Virus record (IMG/VR): IMGVR_UViG_3300035544_000227
Location: 1 to 42,965 of that record
DNA length: 42,965 nucleotides
Direction: 5' to 3' (one strand)
DNA from: a virus
Taxonomy: Duplodnaviria > Caudoviricetes
The notes beneath the pieces are model-generated. The model saw only the letters and a list, made by a program, of their open reading frames with translations, was not told where the DNA came from and searched no databases. Shown here piece by piece: positions 34,168 through 42,965 of the stretch (positions are counted from its first letter, which is position 1; each line of letters opens with the position of its first letter). Made by a program: the position numbers and the translations under genes.

Positions 34168-34560
34168 ATGTCTGAACTCACGACACGACAGATGATCGAC
34201 ACGATCCGCAAGGGCGACCCGCTCGGGCACGACTTTTTGCAGGCCGTGGCGAAGCGGCTTGAAGAGATCCATTTCAGTGTGCGTCTCGGAGAATTGGATG
34301 CGGCGTATCTCTTGGATATCGGAACCGCTCTCGGCGACAGAAAGCCAGAAACCTTTGAGGGCTACGCAGAGGCCATCGGATCACTTATAGCCGATAACAT
34401 ACGGCTGAACAGCGTCTTGAACGAAATCCGTCTGAACGATCCGTGCCGCTGCCTCTACATGGCCGCGCCAATGGACATGGACAATCGCCCGCCGACAGTG
34501 GCCGCCTTCGCCCTCGCCGGGATGACCAAAGAGAATAAGGGGAACGTAGATGAAGCCTAA
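34168..34560 (+). CDS. Hypothetical protein
   Basis: AAGGAG RBS, 130 aa ORF in operon. Confidence 0.65.
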   Translation: MSELTTRQMIDTIRKGDPLGHDFLQAVAKRLEEIHFSVRLGELDAAYLLDIGTALGDRKPETFEGYAEAIGSLIADNIRLNSVLNEIRLNDPCRCLYMAAPMDMDNRPPTVAAFALAGMTKENKGNVDEA

Positions 34561-35158
34561 ACCGATGCTCTGCAAGGGCTCCGTTGTCCGCGCCATGCTG
34601 GACGGTCAGCAGACTCAGGACCGCAGGCCGATCAAGCCGCAACCTGCCGCTGTGGACGGTGGCGTCAACGCCTATGACGAGCGGACGCGGCTCATCGTTC
34701 CTCCCTACCAGCCCGGTGACATCATCTGGGTGCGGGAAACCCACGGCTACTACAACCCCGGCAATCCAGAAACCGGACTCCCTAACAGGGAGATAACCGA
34801 GATCATCTATCCTGCTACCGATGAAGTTCCCGACGTTGCCTATGACGCGGACGACATGCTCTACGACCGCCCACTTCCCATGCGCCCATCCATCCACATG
34901 CCCAAGTGGGCCTGTCGCCTCTTCCTCAAGGTCAACGCCGTGCGCGTTGAGCGGGTTCAGGACATCTCCATTGAAGATTGCATGGCCGAAGGAATTGGCG
35001 GCGAGGGCTGTGAGGCTTGCGGTGCTCCGTCGGTCAGGGAGTTGTTCCATGAATTGTGGGAATCACTCTACCCCGGCTCCTGGGAGCGAAACGAGTGGGT
35101 GTGGGTCTACGAGTTCGAGCGCACCGAGAAACCGGCCGACTGGCCCAACGGAGGGTAG
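34550..35158 (+). CDS. Conserved phage protein, ASCH/PUA-like
   Basis: VRAMLDGQQTQDRR, GDIIWVRET, RPSIHMPKWACR, VRVERVQDIS, N.WVWVYEF. Confidence 0.75.
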   Translation: MKPKPMLCKGSVVRAMLDGQQTQDRRPIKPQPAAVDGGVNAYDERTRLIVPPYQPGDIIWVRETHGYYNPGNPETGLPNREITEIIYPATDEVPDVAYDADDMLYDRPLPMRPSIHMPKWACRLFLKVNAVRVERVQDISIEDCMAEGIGGEGCEACGAPSVRELFHELWESLYPGSWERNEWVWVYEFERTEKPADWPNGG

Positions 35159-35159
35159 T

Positions 35160-35567
35160 ATGGCAAAACGCAAACTCACAGTCTTATGGGAAGGGGAAAA
35201 CCCCAATAAAGACCGCAAGTCCAGGTCACTAGCCGATGAGCCTAGCAAGGTCCGCGTCCTTGACCTTCCAAACTTTTTCTATGACGGGCGTTTTGCAACC
35301 GTCATGGTTGAGGGATTGATCGAAGACAACAACGGAATCAACGAGGGATGGAATCCCAACTATGGTGAACGTGTTGCGGTCAAACTTCTCCTTGATGAAG
35401 TGCTGCGCCTTGAAGACCTTCTATCTCGCGTTGCCGATGTCGCCACTGGCGGCAAGCTGTCCAAGACCACATATGACATGGACACCTACCGCGAGGCCAT
35501 CCACGAACACCTTTGCTCCGAACGTAGCGAAGCCTTCAACGAAGGCCTCGCTAACTCAGGCGCGTAA
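35160..35567 (+). CDS. Hypothetical protein
   Basis: GGAGG RBS; MAKRKLTVLWEG start. Confidence 0.6.
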   Translation: MAKRKLTVLWEGENPNKDRKSRSLADEPSKVRVLDLPNFFYDGRFATVMVEGLIEDNNGINEGWNPNYGERVAVKLLLDEVLRLEDLLSRVADVATGGKLSKTTYDMDTYREAIHEHLCSERSEAFNEGLANSGA

Positions 35568-35589
35568 CCTGCTTGATAGGAAGGCGACA

Positions 35590-37665
35590 ATGCGAAATCT
35601 CTACGACATCATGGGTGGCGGACTCCGCCAGGACGAAATCATAGGTGACCTGTTCGCGGGCGGCGGCGGGGCCAGTACCGGTATCCGCATGGCCTTGGGC
35701 CGCGACCCGGATTTTGCCGTGAACCATAACCCCTTGGCTGTGGCTATGCACAGAGCCAACCACCCGGACACTGAGCACTTCACCGAGGATGTCTGGTCTG
35801 TCACCCCGTCTAGGGCAACGCGCGGGCGTCCGGTCGGGTTACTTTGGGCGTCCCCAGATTGCACCCATTTTTCCAAGGCAAAGGGCGGCGCTCCCCACCG
35901 GGACGAGCGTATCCGCTCCCTGGCCATGGTTCTGACCGACAAGTGGATTCCCGAGGCGCGTCCCCGCGTTATCATCATGGAGAACGTCGAAGAGTTCCGG
36001 TCATGGTGTGACCTCATCCCCAAGGTGGATGCCAAGGGCAACCCCGTCTACGATCCCAAGACAGGCCTGCGCGTCATGGTCCCGGACAAGTCCAAAATCG
36101 ACAAGAACGGCCACGGCAACCTGTATAAGGCCTGGCTCCGCAAGTTCCGTCGCTACGGCTACGAGGTACAGGACAAGGAAATGCGGGCGTGCGACTACGG
36201 GTCCCCGACCATCCGCAAGCGGCTGTTCATCATCGCCCGCTGCGACGGGCAGCCGATCACCTGGCCGGAACCGACCCACGGCGATCCCAAAAGCGAGGCG
36301 GTCAAGTCCGGCAAGCTCCTACCCTGGCGCACCGCTGCGGAGTGCATCGACTGGTCCATCCCCTGCCCGTCCATCTTCGACACGTCCAAGGAGATCAAAT
36401 CCAAGTATGGTGTGCGAGCAAACCGCCCCCTTGCTGAGAAGACGTTGAAGCGGATAGCCGAGGGCATCCGGCGCTATGTCCTGGAGGCGGAAAAGCCGTT
36501 CGTGGTAAACCTGACCCACGGTGTGCGACTCGAGGACGTGGACGAGCCCATGAAGACGGTCACCGGGGCGAACCGGGGCGAGAAGGCCGTAGTCACGCCG
36601 TTCCTTACCGAGCACGCCAACGGCTCCACACAACGCAATTTCAACGTACAGGAGCCGCTGCGGACGCAATGCGCCCAGGTCAAGGGCGGACATTTCGCGC
36701 TTGTCTCTCCGCTTCTGGAAGCCCACTACGCTGGGCAGGGAGCCCGGGCTCTGCGCGTGCCCGACATCCAAGAGCCCATGCGGACCGTGCCCACAGAGAA
36801 CCGCTTCGGACTCGTCTCTCCGACCCTGATCCAAACCGGATACGGCGAGCGCGAGGGCCAGGCCCCGCGCGTGCCCGGGCTGGACAAACCGCTCGGCACG
36901 GCCGTGGCCGGTGGGGTGAAGCATGCGGTTGTCTCCGCGTTCCTGGCAAAGCACTTCGGCGGCGTGGTGGGTGCTCCCCTGGAGCAGCCCGCGCCCACGG
37001 TCACGACCGTGGATCACAATGCCGTGGTCGCCGCGCACATAGACCGGCCTTTCGGCATGTCCAAGGGCAACGACGTGGCCGCGCCGCTGGGCACCACCAC
37101 GGCGGACGGCGGCGGGCATTCCGCGCTGGTCGCGTCCAACCTTGCCCTGTACTGCGGGCAGAGCGTGGCCCAGGACATGGACGAACCGGCAAGGACCGTG
37201 ACCGGCCATGAACGTCATGGGCTGGTGGCTTCCAATCTGGTCAAGATGCGCGGCACCAACACGGCCAGCGCCACGGACGAACCGTTGCACACGGTGTCAG
37301 CCGGCGGGCTGCATCATGCCGAGGTGCGCGCGTTCCTGATGAAGTATTACAGCGAGGGCGGCCAGGACCAGGGCGCGGACGATCCGATGCACACCCTGAC
37401 CACCAAGGCCCGCATGGGACTGGTTACGGTCGAGGGCGAGGAGTACGTCATTGCCGACATCGGCATGCGCATGCTCCAGCCGCGTGAGCTCTTCCGCGCG
37501 CAGGGCTTCCCCGACACCTACATCATCGACAAGGGCGCGGACGGCGTGCCCCTGACTAAGACCGACCAGGTCCGCATGTGCGGGAACTCGGTCTGTCCGC
37601 CCATGGCCGCCGCCCTGGTGCGCGCCAATGTGGAACTCAAGACGGCCCAGGAAGCGGCCGCGTAG
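35590..37665 (+). CDS. DNA (cytosine-5) methyltransferase, orphan
   Basis: DLFAGGGG, WASPDC, MENVEEF, RKRLF, C-terminal RMCGNSVCP; long repeat-containing variable region. Confidence 0.93.
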   Translation: MRNLYDIMGGGLRQDEIIGDLFAGGGGASTGIRMALGRDPDFAVNHNPLAVAMHRANHPDTEHFTEDVWSVTPSRATRGRPVGLLWASPDCTHFSKAKGGAPHRDERIRSLAMVLTDKWIPEARPRVIIMENVEEFRSWCDLIPKVDAKGNPVYDPKTGLRVMVPDKSKIDKNGHGNLYKAWLRKFRRYGYEVQDKEMRACDYGSPTIRKRLFIIARCDGQPITWPEPTHGDPKSEAVKSGKLLPWRTAAECIDWSIPCPSIFDTSKEIKSKYGVRANRPLAEKTLKRIAEGIRRYVLEAEKPFVVNLTHGVRLEDVDEPMKTVTGANRGEKAVVTPFLTEHANGSTQRNFNVQEPLRTQCAQVKGGHFALVSPLLEAHYAGQGARALRVPDIQEPMRTVPTENRFGLVSPTLIQTGYGEREGQAPRVPGLDKPLGTAVAGGVKHAVVSAFLAKHFGGVVGAPLEQPAPTVTTVDHNAVVAAHIDRPFGMSKGNDVAAPLGTTTADGGGHSALVASNLALYCGQSVAQDMDEPARTVTGHERHGLVASNLVKMRGTNTASATDEPLHTVSAGGLHHAEVRAFLMKYYSEGGQDQGADDPMHTLTTKARMGLVTVEGEEYVIADIGMRMLQPRELFRAQGFPDTYIIDKGADGVPLTKTDQVRMCGNSVCPPMAAALVRANVELKTAQEAAA

Positions 37666-37674
37666 AATTCAAAA

Positions 37675-40179
37675 ATGAGCAGACAAATGCAGTACCGTAA
37701 ATTCCTCGAAGCCAAGATGTGCATGGCCCGCAAATCCGGGTTCAGCGTCGAGATGGACGCAATCAACCCGTTGCTCAAGCCGCATCAGCGGGACATCGTG
37801 CGCTGGGCCTTGGACGGCGGGTGCCGGGGTATCTTTGCGGCCTTCGGGCTGGGCAAGACGTTCATGCAGATCGAGATCATGCGGCTGATCGGCGGGCGCG
37901 ATGGCGGGCGACAGCTGATCATCTGCCCGCTGGGCGTGCGCGGGGAGTTCCGGGCCGATTGCGAGAAGCTGGGCGTTGACGTCCGGTTCGTGCGCCGGTC
38001 CGAGGATGTGGACGGCGCAGGCCTGTACCTGACCAACTACGAATCCGTGCGCGACGGGCGGCTCGATCCCAACCTGTTCAACGCCGTGTCCCTGGATGAG
38101 GCGTCCGTGCTGCGATCCTTCGGCTCCAAAACCTATCAGACGTTCCTGACCCTGTTCTCCGGCGTCCGGTACCGCTTCGTGGCCACGGCCACGCCCAGCC
38201 CGAACCGGTACAAGGAGCTGATCCACTACGCAGGGTTCCTGGGCGTCATGGACACTGGCCAGGCCCTGACGCGATTCTTCCAGCGAGACTCCACCAAGGC
38301 GAACAACCTGACCCTGTACCCGCACAAGGAAGTCGAGTTCTGGCTGTGGGTCAACTCCTGGGCGATCTTCCTGCAACAGCCTTCCGACCTCGGTTACTCC
38401 GACGAGGGCTACGACCTGCCGGAGCTGCACGTCCACTACCACGAGGTGGAGTCCGGGAGCGCGCCGACCGTGGAGCGGGATGGGCAGGTGCGGCTCATGC
38501 CGGACGCCGCGCTCTCCCTCCAGGCCGCCAGCCGGGAGAAGCGGGCCAGCCTGCCCGCGCGCATCGAGAAGATGGTGGAACTGATCGAGGCCGAGCCGGA
38601 CGAGCATTGCATCATCTGGCACGACCAGGAGGCCGAGCGCCATGCCATCAAGGCGGCCCTGCCTGACGTGGTGGACATCTACGGCAGCCAGGACCTGGAT
38701 GTGCGCGAGGAGCGCGTGTCCGCCTTCAGCCGGGGCGAGATCCGGCGCTTCGCCACCAAGCCGGTCCTGTCCGGATCGGGCTGCAATTTTCAGCGTCATT
38801 GCCGCATGGCCATCTTTCTGGGCATCGGGTTCAAGTTCAACGATTTCATTCAGGCCATCCACCGCATCCACCGCTTCCTCCAGGAGCGGGAGTGCCACAT
38901 CCACATCATCTACGCGGACACCGAGGTTCGGGTGCTGGAGACGCTGAAGCGGAAATGGCGGCAACACGAGGAGATGATGGAGAAGATGAGCGAGATCATC
39001 CGCAAGTACGGGCTTTCTCATGCCGACATGGAGAGCGAGCTTCGCCGGTCCATCGGCGTGGAGCGCATCGAGGTCAAGGGGCGGCTCTTCACGGCCGTCA
39101 ACAATGACTGTGTGGAAGAGACGCGGGCCATGGCCGACGGGTCGGTGGACCTGATCGTGACCTCCATCCCGTTCTCCAACCACTACGAGTACACCCCGAG
39201 CTACAACGACTTCGGCCACACCGACGGCAACGCGCACTTTTGGGGCCAGATGGACTACCTGACCCCGGAGCTGCTGCGCGTGCTCGCGCCGGGACGGATA
39301 TACGCCTGCCACGTCAAGGACAGGATCCTGTTCGGCAACGTGACCGGCAAGGGCGCGCCCACGGTCAGCCCGTTCCACGCCGAGGCGATCTTTCACGCCC
39401 AGCGGCATGGGTTCGATTACATGGGCATGGTTACCGTGGTCACGGACGTGGTGCGCGAGAACAATCAGACCTACCGCCTGGGCTGGACCGAGCAGTGCAA
39501 GGACGGCTCCAAGATGGGCGTCGGCTCCCCGGAGTACATCATGCTCTTCCGCGCGCCGCAGACGGACCGCTCCAAGGGGTACGCGGACACGCCGGTGACC
39601 AAGAGCAAGGAGGAGTACAGCCGCGCCCGCTGGCAGGTGGACGCGCACGGATTCTGGCGCAGCTCGGGCGACCGGCTCATGTCTCCTGACGAGCTGGCCA
39701 TGCTTGGGCCGGACATCCTGGCCAGGACCTTCACCGAGGCGAGTTTGGAGGGCGTGTACGACTACGAGGAGCATGTGCGCGTGGGCGAGGCCCTGGAGCT
39801 GCGCGGCGCGCTCCCGGCCACGTTCATGGCCATCGCCCCGGGCAGCCATGATCCAGACGTCTGGCACGACGTCAACCGCATGCGCACTCTGAACGGCGAG
39901 CAGCGGCGCAGGAACATGGCCATGCACGTCTGCCCGCTGCAATTCGACATCGTTGACCGGCTGATCCGTCGGTACTCCAACCCCGGCGAGCTGGTGTTCG
40001 ACCCGTTCGGCGGCCTGATGACCGTGCCGTACCGGGCCATTAAGCTCGGTCGCCGTGGCTACGGGGTGGAGCTCAACGCCGGCTACTGGACCGACGGGGT
40101 CAAGTATTGCCGAACCGCCGAGCAGGACCTGACCGCGCCCAGTCTGTTCGACTTCTGCACGGCAGAGTCGGCGGCATAA
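37675..40179 (+). CDS. SNF2-like helicase fused to N4-C/N6-A DNA methyltransferase
   Basis: FGLGKT, LDEAS, TATPSPN, QAIHRIHR helicase motifs; TSIPF, HVCPLQ, DPFGG MTase motifs. Confidence 0.9.
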   Translation: MSRQMQYRKFLEAKMCMARKSGFSVEMDAINPLLKPHQRDIVRWALDGGCRGIFAAFGLGKTFMQIEIMRLIGGRDGGRQLIICPLGVRGEFRADCEKLGVDVRFVRRSEDVDGAGLYLTNYESVRDGRLDPNLFNAVSLDEASVLRSFGSKTYQTFLTLFSGVRYRFVATATPSPNRYKELIHYAGFLGVMDTGQALTRFFQRDSTKANNLTLYPHKEVEFWLWVNSWAIFLQQPSDLGYSDEGYDLPELHVHYHEVESGSAPTVERDGQVRLMPDAALSLQAASREKRASLPARIEKMVELIEAEPDEHCIIWHDQEAERHAIKAALPDVVDIYGSQDLDVREERVSAFSRGEIRRFATKPVLSGSGCNFQRHCRMAIFLGIGFKFNDFIQAIHRIHRFLQERECHIHIIYADTEVRVLETLKRKWRQHEEMMEKMSEIIRKYGLSHADMESELRRSIGVERIEVKGRLFTAVNNDCVEETRAMADGSVDLIVTSIPFSNHYEYTPSYNDFGHTDGNAHFWGQMDYLTPELLRVLAPGRIYACHVKDRILFGNVTGKGAPTVSPFHAEAIFHAQRHGFDYMGMVTVVTDVVRENNQTYRLGWTEQCKDGSKMGVGSPEYIMLFRAPQTDRSKGYADTPVTKSKEEYSRARWQVDAHGFWRSSGDRLMSPDELAMLGPDILARTFTEASLEGVYDYEEHVRVGEALELRGALPATFMAIAPGSHDPDVWHDVNRMRTLNGEQRRRNMAMHVCPLQFDIVDRLIRRYSNPGELVFDPFGGLMTVPYRAIKLGRRGYGVELNAGYWTDGVKYCRTAEQDLTAPSLFDFCTAESAA

Positions 40180-40209
40180 AATCTTTGAATCAGCAGGAGG
40201 GAGACGAAG

Positions 40210-40392
40210 ATGAAAATAGACCTTGAAAAGTATGATTTAGACGGTCTGATTGAAGAGGTCGCGGGCCTTGTCCACCCGGACAACGTTCATCTCTCTGGCC
40301 CGTTCAAGATGCCGATGGTTGACCCTGTGCGGCTGCAAACCGTGCGAGAAAAACTGGTCGAACTGTTGCCCTTGGTCGAAGACGACAACTGA
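40210..40392 (+). CDS. Hypothetical protein
   Basis: AGGAGG RBS, 60 aa. Confidence 0.6.
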   Translation: MKIDLEKYDLDGLIEEVAGLVHPDNVHLSGPFKMPMVDPVRLQTVREKLVELLPLVEDDN

Positions 40393-40422
40393 TCCGCAAA
40401 ACCACGACAAAAGGAGACACCA

Positions 40423-40680
40423 ATGAAGCTCGACAGGAATGTCAACGCAAACGGCAAGGGCAAATACTCCATCATCAACAATCGCACCGGCCAGGTGGAG
40501 CATGGCGACAATCCCGAAGATCAGTTCTTCGTCATCAAGCTCAAGGACAAGTACGCCCAGGCCGCGCTGCTAGCCTACGCAAATGCAGCGGCCCAGGACG
40601 ACACAGAGTACGCAAATGAGGTGATGCAGCTGGCGATGCGATCCGGTCCCGCGCACCCTCTGTGCAAGATGCCCGATTAA
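40423..40680 (+). CDS. Hypothetical phage protein
   Basis: AAGGAG RBS; FFVIKLKDKYAQAALLAYA. Confidence 0.7.
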   Translation: MKLDRNVNANGKGKYSIINNRTGQVEHGDNPEDQFFVIKLKDKYAQAALLAYANAAAQDDTEYANEVMQLAMRSGPAHPLCKMPD

Positions 40681-40711
40681 GCCGAAAAATCTGTAATCAT
40701 CGGAGGAAGCC

Positions 40712-41269
40712 ATGAAGACATACAACGTCGAAACGACCACGGCTACCGTCTACAAAATCCGCCGCACCGACCGTTGCGGTGGGTGGGCTGACATCACCAT
40801 ACGGGAATGGCCCGGCGGCGGCTCTATCGACATACAGAGCGACTTCGGGAGCTACTCACATTTTTGGAACAGCATCGGCGAAAGGTCTTTCCGAAAGTTC
40901 CTGGCAAGCCTTGATGCCGGGTACTTCTTCGGCAAGTGCATGGGCCGTGGATATGACGTCTACGACCCCCAAAAAACCGAGCAATGGGTCAGGGAGTTGG
41001 TGATCGAAAGGCGCAGGGATGGCGACCTGAACAAAGAGGAAGCTCGCGATTGTTGGGATGAAATACAGTTCATCGACTTCGATAGTGCTGACGCCTACTA
41101 CTATTCCGCATCGAATCGAACGAGCCTTTGGGAAATGTGCTTCGGCGAAGACCACCACTCTCTTCCCCATGCGACCAAGCCCCACCCGCAAGCGGAAGCC
41201 TTTTGGGAAATCATCTGGCCGGTTGCCTGCGAGACTTGGGCGGCGGAAGAACTCGACAGAGCCGCATAA
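40712..41269 (+). CDS. Hypothetical phage protein
   Basis: GGAGG RBS; 185 aa, Trp/aromatic-rich. Confidence 0.7.
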   Translation: MKTYNVETTTATVYKIRRTDRCGGWADITIREWPGGGSIDIQSDFGSYSHFWNSIGERSFRKFLASLDAGYFFGKCMGRGYDVYDPQKTEQWVRELVIERRRDGDLNKEEARDCWDEIQFIDFDSADAYYYSASNRTSLWEMCFGEDHHSLPHATKPHPQAEAFWEIIWPVACETWAAEELDRAA

Positions 41270-41294
41270 TACGAGAACTCAGCAGAGGTAGACC

Positions 41295-41591
41295 ATGACT
41301 GAATCAGAACGCATATACGAAACGCATCACGCTGATTGGGTGACGGAGATCAAAAGACTCAGGTCTCATGGATACGCCATTCGCGAGGCCGTGGAGTGGT
41401 TCCTGGAGGTGTGGGAGACACCGCCGCCGAAGTACGACGTTGCCTATGACGAATGTGAGGCAACCCTACTCCAAGCCCTGGCGGACGTTGCCAAGGCCGT
41501 AGGCATCACCAGGAGCGTCAAGCACTGGATGGATATTGTTTCCGAGGCCACGGAGCAATCTACCTATACAACCGAGGCCGACCGTGAATAG
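41295..41591 (+). CDS. Hypothetical protein
   Basis: GAGG RBS; 98 aa. Confidence 0.6.
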   Translation: MTESERIYETHHADWVTEIKRLRSHGYAIREAVEWFLEVWETPPPKYDVAYDECEATLLQALADVAKAVGITRSVKHWMDIVSEATEQSTYTTEADRE

Positions 41592-41757
41592 CCAGGACTG
41601 TTTCCATTGTGCCGACAAGGCCATTTGCGGGCCCTATCTGGACGCTCAGATAGAGGCGGCCGAGCATTGCGAAGCCATGGGGTGGACGGCTGCGCCGGGG
41701 GAGAGGGCCCCGGGGTGTCCGTTGGAAGGGGAAATCCCAGAGAATACGGGGCAATAA
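41584..41757 (+). CDS. Small Cys-rich protein
   Basis: GAGG RBS then GTG; CFHC...C...C...CP. Confidence 0.5.
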   Translation: MNSQDCFHCADKAICGPYLDAQIEAAEHCEAMGWTAAPGERAPGCPLEGEIPENTGQ

Positions 41758-41765
41758 TTTTTGGC

Positions 41766-41812
41766 AGATGCACAGTGTTTGGGGAGGGGAAAACCTCAAA
41801 CAAGGAGCATCT
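41766..41812 (+). promoter_or_regulatory. Hairpin enclosing the recombinase RBS
   Basis: AGATGC/GCATCT and TGTTTGGGG/CCTCAAACA stems enclose AAGGAG; the stem ends 2 nt before the ATG. Confidence 0.5.
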
Positions 41813-41814
41813 AA

Positions 41815-42660
41815 ATGACTAAGGAGATCGCTTTGAACCAGTTCGCGCAGGAATACCTTGAATATCGGCAGGGAGTCGTCATGCCATCGACTGCGCTTGC
41901 CGATGGTCTGGCGCTGCGCAAGTTCGGCGATGCCGTCGGGCATCGTACGCCCCTGGTGCGCATCCGCCCGCGGCATGGAGACCAGTTCATCTCTTTGTGC
42001 TCTCGGGTGGGGCTCAATCCGACCAGCACGACGAACCACTATCGCCATCTTCATCGGGCCTTTGAGACGGCCAAGCTGTGGGAGTACGTACAGGAAAACC
42101 CGTTCTCGGAGGTCAAGCCGCCGCGTATTTACAAGCGTCCGCCGCAGTACATTCCCCTGGAGGAGTGCGCCGCGTTCGTGCGGGGCATCGAGGACCACGG
42201 TAAGCGGATGCTGGTGACCGCCTACCTGGCCACCGGGCGGCGCCGGTGCGAGCTGTTGGACCTGCGTTGGCAGGACATCGACTGGGACCGCAGCGAGTAC
42301 GTGGTGCATGTGACCAAGATCCACCGGGATCTGGTCTTTCCGATCAACGATTTGTTCCACGAAGTCCTGGTCGAGCAATGCATTTTTGAGGGCGGGGGAG
42401 AACGTGTTTTCCCCCGGTGGAAGAACCCGGACAGCGTGACCCACTGGGTCAAGCTGGAGCTGGGAAAGGCCGGTCTCGGGCACCTTCATCTCCATAACCT
42501 TCGGCACTCGTTTGCCTCTGGGTACATCGAAGCCGGCGGAGACATTTATGTCTTGATGAAGCTGCTCGGGCATTCCGTCGTCACCACGACGATGGTCTAT
42601 GCGGACGTTTCCAAGGACAGGATAGCCACCGAGGCCAACCGGGTCCGGTGGATGCAGTAA
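41815..42660 (+). CDS. Tyrosine recombinase / integrase (no arm-binding domain)
   Basis: TGRRRCEL (R), HNLRHSFA, LLGHS, TTMVY catalytic motifs; 281 aa. Confidence 0.92.
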   Translation: MTKEIALNQFAQEYLEYRQGVVMPSTALADGLALRKFGDAVGHRTPLVRIRPRHGDQFISLCSRVGLNPTSTTNHYRHLHRAFETAKLWEYVQENPFSEVKPPRIYKRPPQYIPLEECAAFVRGIEDHGKRMLVTAYLATGRRRCELLDLRWQDIDWDRSEYVVHVTKIHRDLVFPINDLFHEVLVEQCIFEGGGERVFPRWKNPDSVTHWVKLELGKAGLGHLHLHNLRHSFASGYIEAGGDIYVLMKLLGHSVVTTTMVYADVSKDRIATEANRVRWMQ

Positions 42661-42690
42661 AAACCCGCGGGGAGCTGCACGGCTCCCCGC
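42659..42690 (-). terminator. Hairpin, possible minus-strand terminator
   Basis: GCGGGGAGC/GCTCCCCGC stem (42667-42690) with an A-run on the left side. Confidence 0.4.
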
Positions 42691-42707
42691 TATAACGGAG
42701 AATTGTC

Positions 42708-42965
42708 ATGGATCAGGACTCCATCATCCGAAAAGCCATCAACGAGGCCTTTGAACCGGTGGCCGAGCTGGAACGCCTCAAGGCGTTGGAGTATCTCCGG
42801 CCGGAACAGGTCGAAGCGTTGTACCCTTTGCCGGTCAGCACCCTGCAGAAGATGCGCAAGGGCGGAACCGGCCCCCTGTTCATCAAGCGGGGAAAGAACG
42901 TCTATTACAAGCCCCAGGACATCAGGGCTTTCCTGGACGCCCACCGTCAGCAGACTGCGCAGTGA
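42708..42965 (+). CDS. Excisionase/AlpA-like HTH protein
   Basis: YLRPEQVEALY....STLQKMR..GTGPLFIKRGKNVYY...DI..FL. Confidence 0.8.
   Translation: MDQDSIIRKAINEAFEPVAELERLKALEYLRPEQVEALYPLPVSTLQKMRKGGTGPLFIKRGKNVYYKPQDIRAFLDAHRQQTAQ

Larger units (their letters stand above)
1..42965. mobile_element. Temperate lambda-like siphophage / prophage, near complete
   Basis: Contiguous replication, packaging, head, lysis, tail, immunity, early and recombinase modules; no host housekeeping genes seen; att sites not identified. Confidence 0.95.

Noticed and set aside
37669-39942. 757-aa minus-strand ORF
   Set aside because: Antisense shadow of the helicase-MTase gene
1-42965. Host assignment (impression of a Desulfovibrio-like deltaproteobacterium)
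   Set aside because: Based only on GC content and gene style; needs a homology or CRISPR-spacer search

Overview
The whole window reads as one near-complete temperate siphophage or prophage of about 43 kb, GC-rich, running from an ATG at base 1 to a TGA at base 42965. The + strand begins with a D5/P4-type SF3 helicase, an AT-rich candidate origin with CGAAGG repeats, a Zn-finger/TOPRIM primase, TerS, a lambda gpA-type TerL and an Ogr-like Zn-finger regulator. A lambda-like head module follows (gpW, portal, S49 protease with nested scaffold, decoration protein, capsid), then a lysis cassette (two holin-like genes and DUF5675). The non-contractile tail module has a -1 frameshifted chaperone, tape measure, a fused NlpC/P60-gpI-gpJ tip protein, a fibre and an SGNH/SASA esterase spike. 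A minus-strand block holds an XRE repressor followed by four envelope-targeted genes, including a secreted thermonuclease. The divergent early operon holds Cro-like, CII-like, a stand-alone primase-type winged-helix protein, a degenerate ATP-dependent ligase, many small ORFs, a C5 MTase, an SNF2-MTase fusion, a tyrosine recombinase and an excisionase-like HTH. I found no rRNA, tRNA, CRISPR array, reverse transcriptase or IS. All family calls come from motifs recognised by eye, not database searches. Best leads: the repressor-linked envelope nuclease cassette; a split, permuted P4-alpha-like replicon with a free origin-binding-like domain; an apparently inverted-polarity esterase spike; and several cis-regulatory structures.
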